A DNA stretch of 64,000 bases from Gekko japonicus (taxonomy: Eukaryota), in assembly GCF_001447785.1 (NCBI RefSeq), contig NW_015164187.1:676552-740551 (forward strand), read 5' to 3'. This document shows, in pieces, positions 62,096 through 64,000 of the stretch (position 1 is the stretch's first letter; each line of letters starts with the position of its first letter). The notes beneath the pieces are model-generated. The model was not told the DNA's origin and searched no databases. It saw only the letters and a list, made by a program, of their open reading frames with translations. The position numbers and the translations under genes are program-made.

Positions 62096-62665
62096 TTTAA
62101 AAAAAACTTTTTTTGTATTTTTGATATGTGTGTGTGTGTGCGCATGCACCTGGAAGTCATGGCAACCTCTGGTGACTGACTGTGTGTGCCCCAGAAATCA
62201 TGGCAATCACCGGTGACTAACCCCTACTGGGGGCCTGGAGGATATTCAGAGAGGTGACTGAATAAAGCCTGTCTCCGCCTCCAGTTTGGTGCAGTGGTTA
62301 AGCGTGCAGACTCTAATCTGGGAGAACCGGGTTTGATTCCCCACTCTTCCACTTGCAGTTGCTAGATGATCTTGGGCACGCCATAGTTCTGTCAGAGCTG
62401 TTCTCTCAAGAGCAGTTCTCAAAAGAGCTCTCTCAGCCCCACCTACCTCACAGGGCCTGTTGTTGGGAGGGGAAGGGAAAGGAGTTTGTAAGCCGCTCTG
62501 AGCCTCTGAGTGAAGGGTAGGGTGTAAATCCAATCTCTTCTCTTCTTCTTCTCCCACCTCTGGTATTTCAAAGAGGTCTCCCATCCAAGGACTTGCCAGA
62601 GTTGACTCTGCTTAGCTTCCGAGATCTGATGAGATCGGGCTTGCCGGGGCTATCCAGGTCAGGGC
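62096..62665 (-). mobile_element. 5S rRNA-derived SINE with 16-bp TSD, interrupted by a Squam3-like SINE
   Basis: Head CCCGATCTCATCAGATCTCGGAAGCTAAGCAG...CTTGGATGGGAGACC. TSD TGAACTAATTTATTTC at 62080-62095 and 62666-62681. Confidence 0.88.
62281..62552 (+). mobile_element. Squam3-like SINE nested in 5S SINE
   Basis: CCAGTTTGGTGCAGTGGTTAAG head, (TTC)n tail. Confidence 0.85.
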
Positions 62666-62731
62666 TGAACTAATTTATTTCAGTGATCCACCCTGCTTTG
62701 AAGCCATTAGTCACTAATGAGAAGTGCTTAC

Positions 62732-62839
62732 CCATCTGTTATATTTTAGCGGTCCTGTGAAACCCATTGCTTCTATTATCTTTGTGAAAGCACCCACTTT
62801 CTCTTCAGAGGGCTGAACTGAATCTTTGGTTGCAAGAAG
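62732..62839 (-). CDS. UQCC1: UQCC1 internal coding exon (LLATKDSVQPSEEKVGAFTKIIEAMGFTGPLKYNRW)
   Basis: 108 bp, phase 0-0, ttttatag acceptor and gtaagc donor. Translation matches recalled vertebrate UQCC1 'EEKVGAFTKIIEAMGFTGPLKY.KW'. Confidence 0.96.
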
Positions 62840-63929
62840 CTATAAAAGAAACAAATAAAACAAATAAATAGGTTACAGATATCACAGGATTCAAATTATA
62901 CAATTAATTTGTAATAGGTTACAGTAGTTAAAACTGCATTCACCTCCAAGGACCACTTCTAATTTTCTCTCTATACACATCAAGGACAGCAAGAGCATCC
63001 TCTAGGCATGTCTGCCGGCTGAGTCTTCAATGCTCATTCGTGTTAGAATAGCATGTAATGAACACGAAATCTGACACATGGAGGCCTGAACACTTTAATC
63101 CACATCCCAGAAAGCACCATGTAATCAACCATGTGGTTTGGCAAATACACACTGGGTTTTATGCATGTGTATCATATTCAAAAATTACTCATATGTGTGG
63201 ATAGTCATGATCTTGGAAGATGGACAGGCACAACTGGAGGGCAGGGTAAAGCCTCATTCCCCTACTATGCGTATGAAAGAACTGGGGAAGGTTTTATCTG
63301 ATCCAGACCAACGTGTGACAACAAATGTGCATCTGTCATATATGTGCACTTACATGGATGCATGTGCCTCTATGATGAGCATATGTGTGCTTCTCACTCC
63401 AAAAAAATCATGTGTAAATTAAGCTTTCAACTGCTGTAATTGCAAACTTCTGCTGACTACAAATCTTGACATTAAAGTAATGGAAAAACACAGGGCTGTT
63501 TGACCCCCTTCAGGTTTTCCATAGCAGTATCACAGCAGGGCTTTCAAAAATGCCCCTTCCATCCCACAATAAAACACACATATTTGGGTCTGCTCCTATG
63601 CCAGGAATTAAGACAAGAGCCTAGCTTATATCAATAACTCCCCATTTGGGTCCCTGCTCTGGCAGATTCAAGAAAAGGCATGACTGGAGGCCACATGGAC
63701 CTGCTGCCTTTTTAAGTGAGCCTCTAAAATAAAAACAAAACATGCAAAATAGTTTTTCCATTTGTGTTCACTCTATGACATTAACATATTGGTAACTGCA
63801 TGGCTCTTAGAGAGTGGAATGGAGGAAACCCAACATCAGGTAAACAGAGGTACACACAATCGCAAACGCTGCATGCAATCTGGGAAAAATGATTTAGGCA
63901 AATTCATGGATAGATCTTAATTCCTACAG

Positions 63930-64000
63930 GTACGGTTGCCAACTCTGGACTGGGAAATAGCTAGAGATTTGGGGAGTGGAGCGTGGGGTTTAGGGAGGGG
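63930..64000. mobile_element. hAT-type MITE left end, truncated by window edge
   Basis: GGTTGCCAAC...GGGAAA...GAGATTTGGGG.TGGAGC resembles 3680-3735. Confidence 0.55.

Noticed and set aside
62560-62665. 5S rRNA gene (also near 41270-41360 and 43195-43298)
   Set aside because: The 5' end is non-5S, the sequence is diverged, and it is fused to an RTE-type tail with TSDs, so these are SINEs.

Overview
Eukaryotic (vertebrate) genomic DNA, almost certainly a squamate reptile and probably a gecko (inferred from Sauria SINE, 5S-derived SINEs, BovB, L2/CR1 and DIRS content). The only host gene is UQCC1 (mitochondrial complex III assembly factor, CBP3 family) on the minus strand. Seven coding exons from 62839 down to the stop at 12033 splice with canonical GT/AG sites into an uninterrupted 224-aa C-terminal portion; the 5' exons lie beyond the right edge. 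The rest is intron or intergenic sequence dense with transposons: a young DIRS 5' end, a decayed DIRS with intact terminal architecture, a near-intact BovB and two truncated copies, a triple-nested L2/L2/RTE-X stack, CR1, L1, Penelope, hAT MITEs and three SINE families. The most unusual object is a young 2.2-kb non-autonomous three-LTR chromovirus-type element with a self-priming (tRNA-independent) PBS, one copy of which extends to a perfect 21-nt fold-back onto the LTR. Other leads are a near-consensus CTCF motif inside the last UQCC1 coding exon and repeat-poor intronic blocks that may be GDF5-type enhancers. Nearly all ORFs in the supplied track are spurious or TE-derived. No prokaryote-type system (CRISPR, operon) is present. 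There are two assembly gaps (149-284, 12697-12754).
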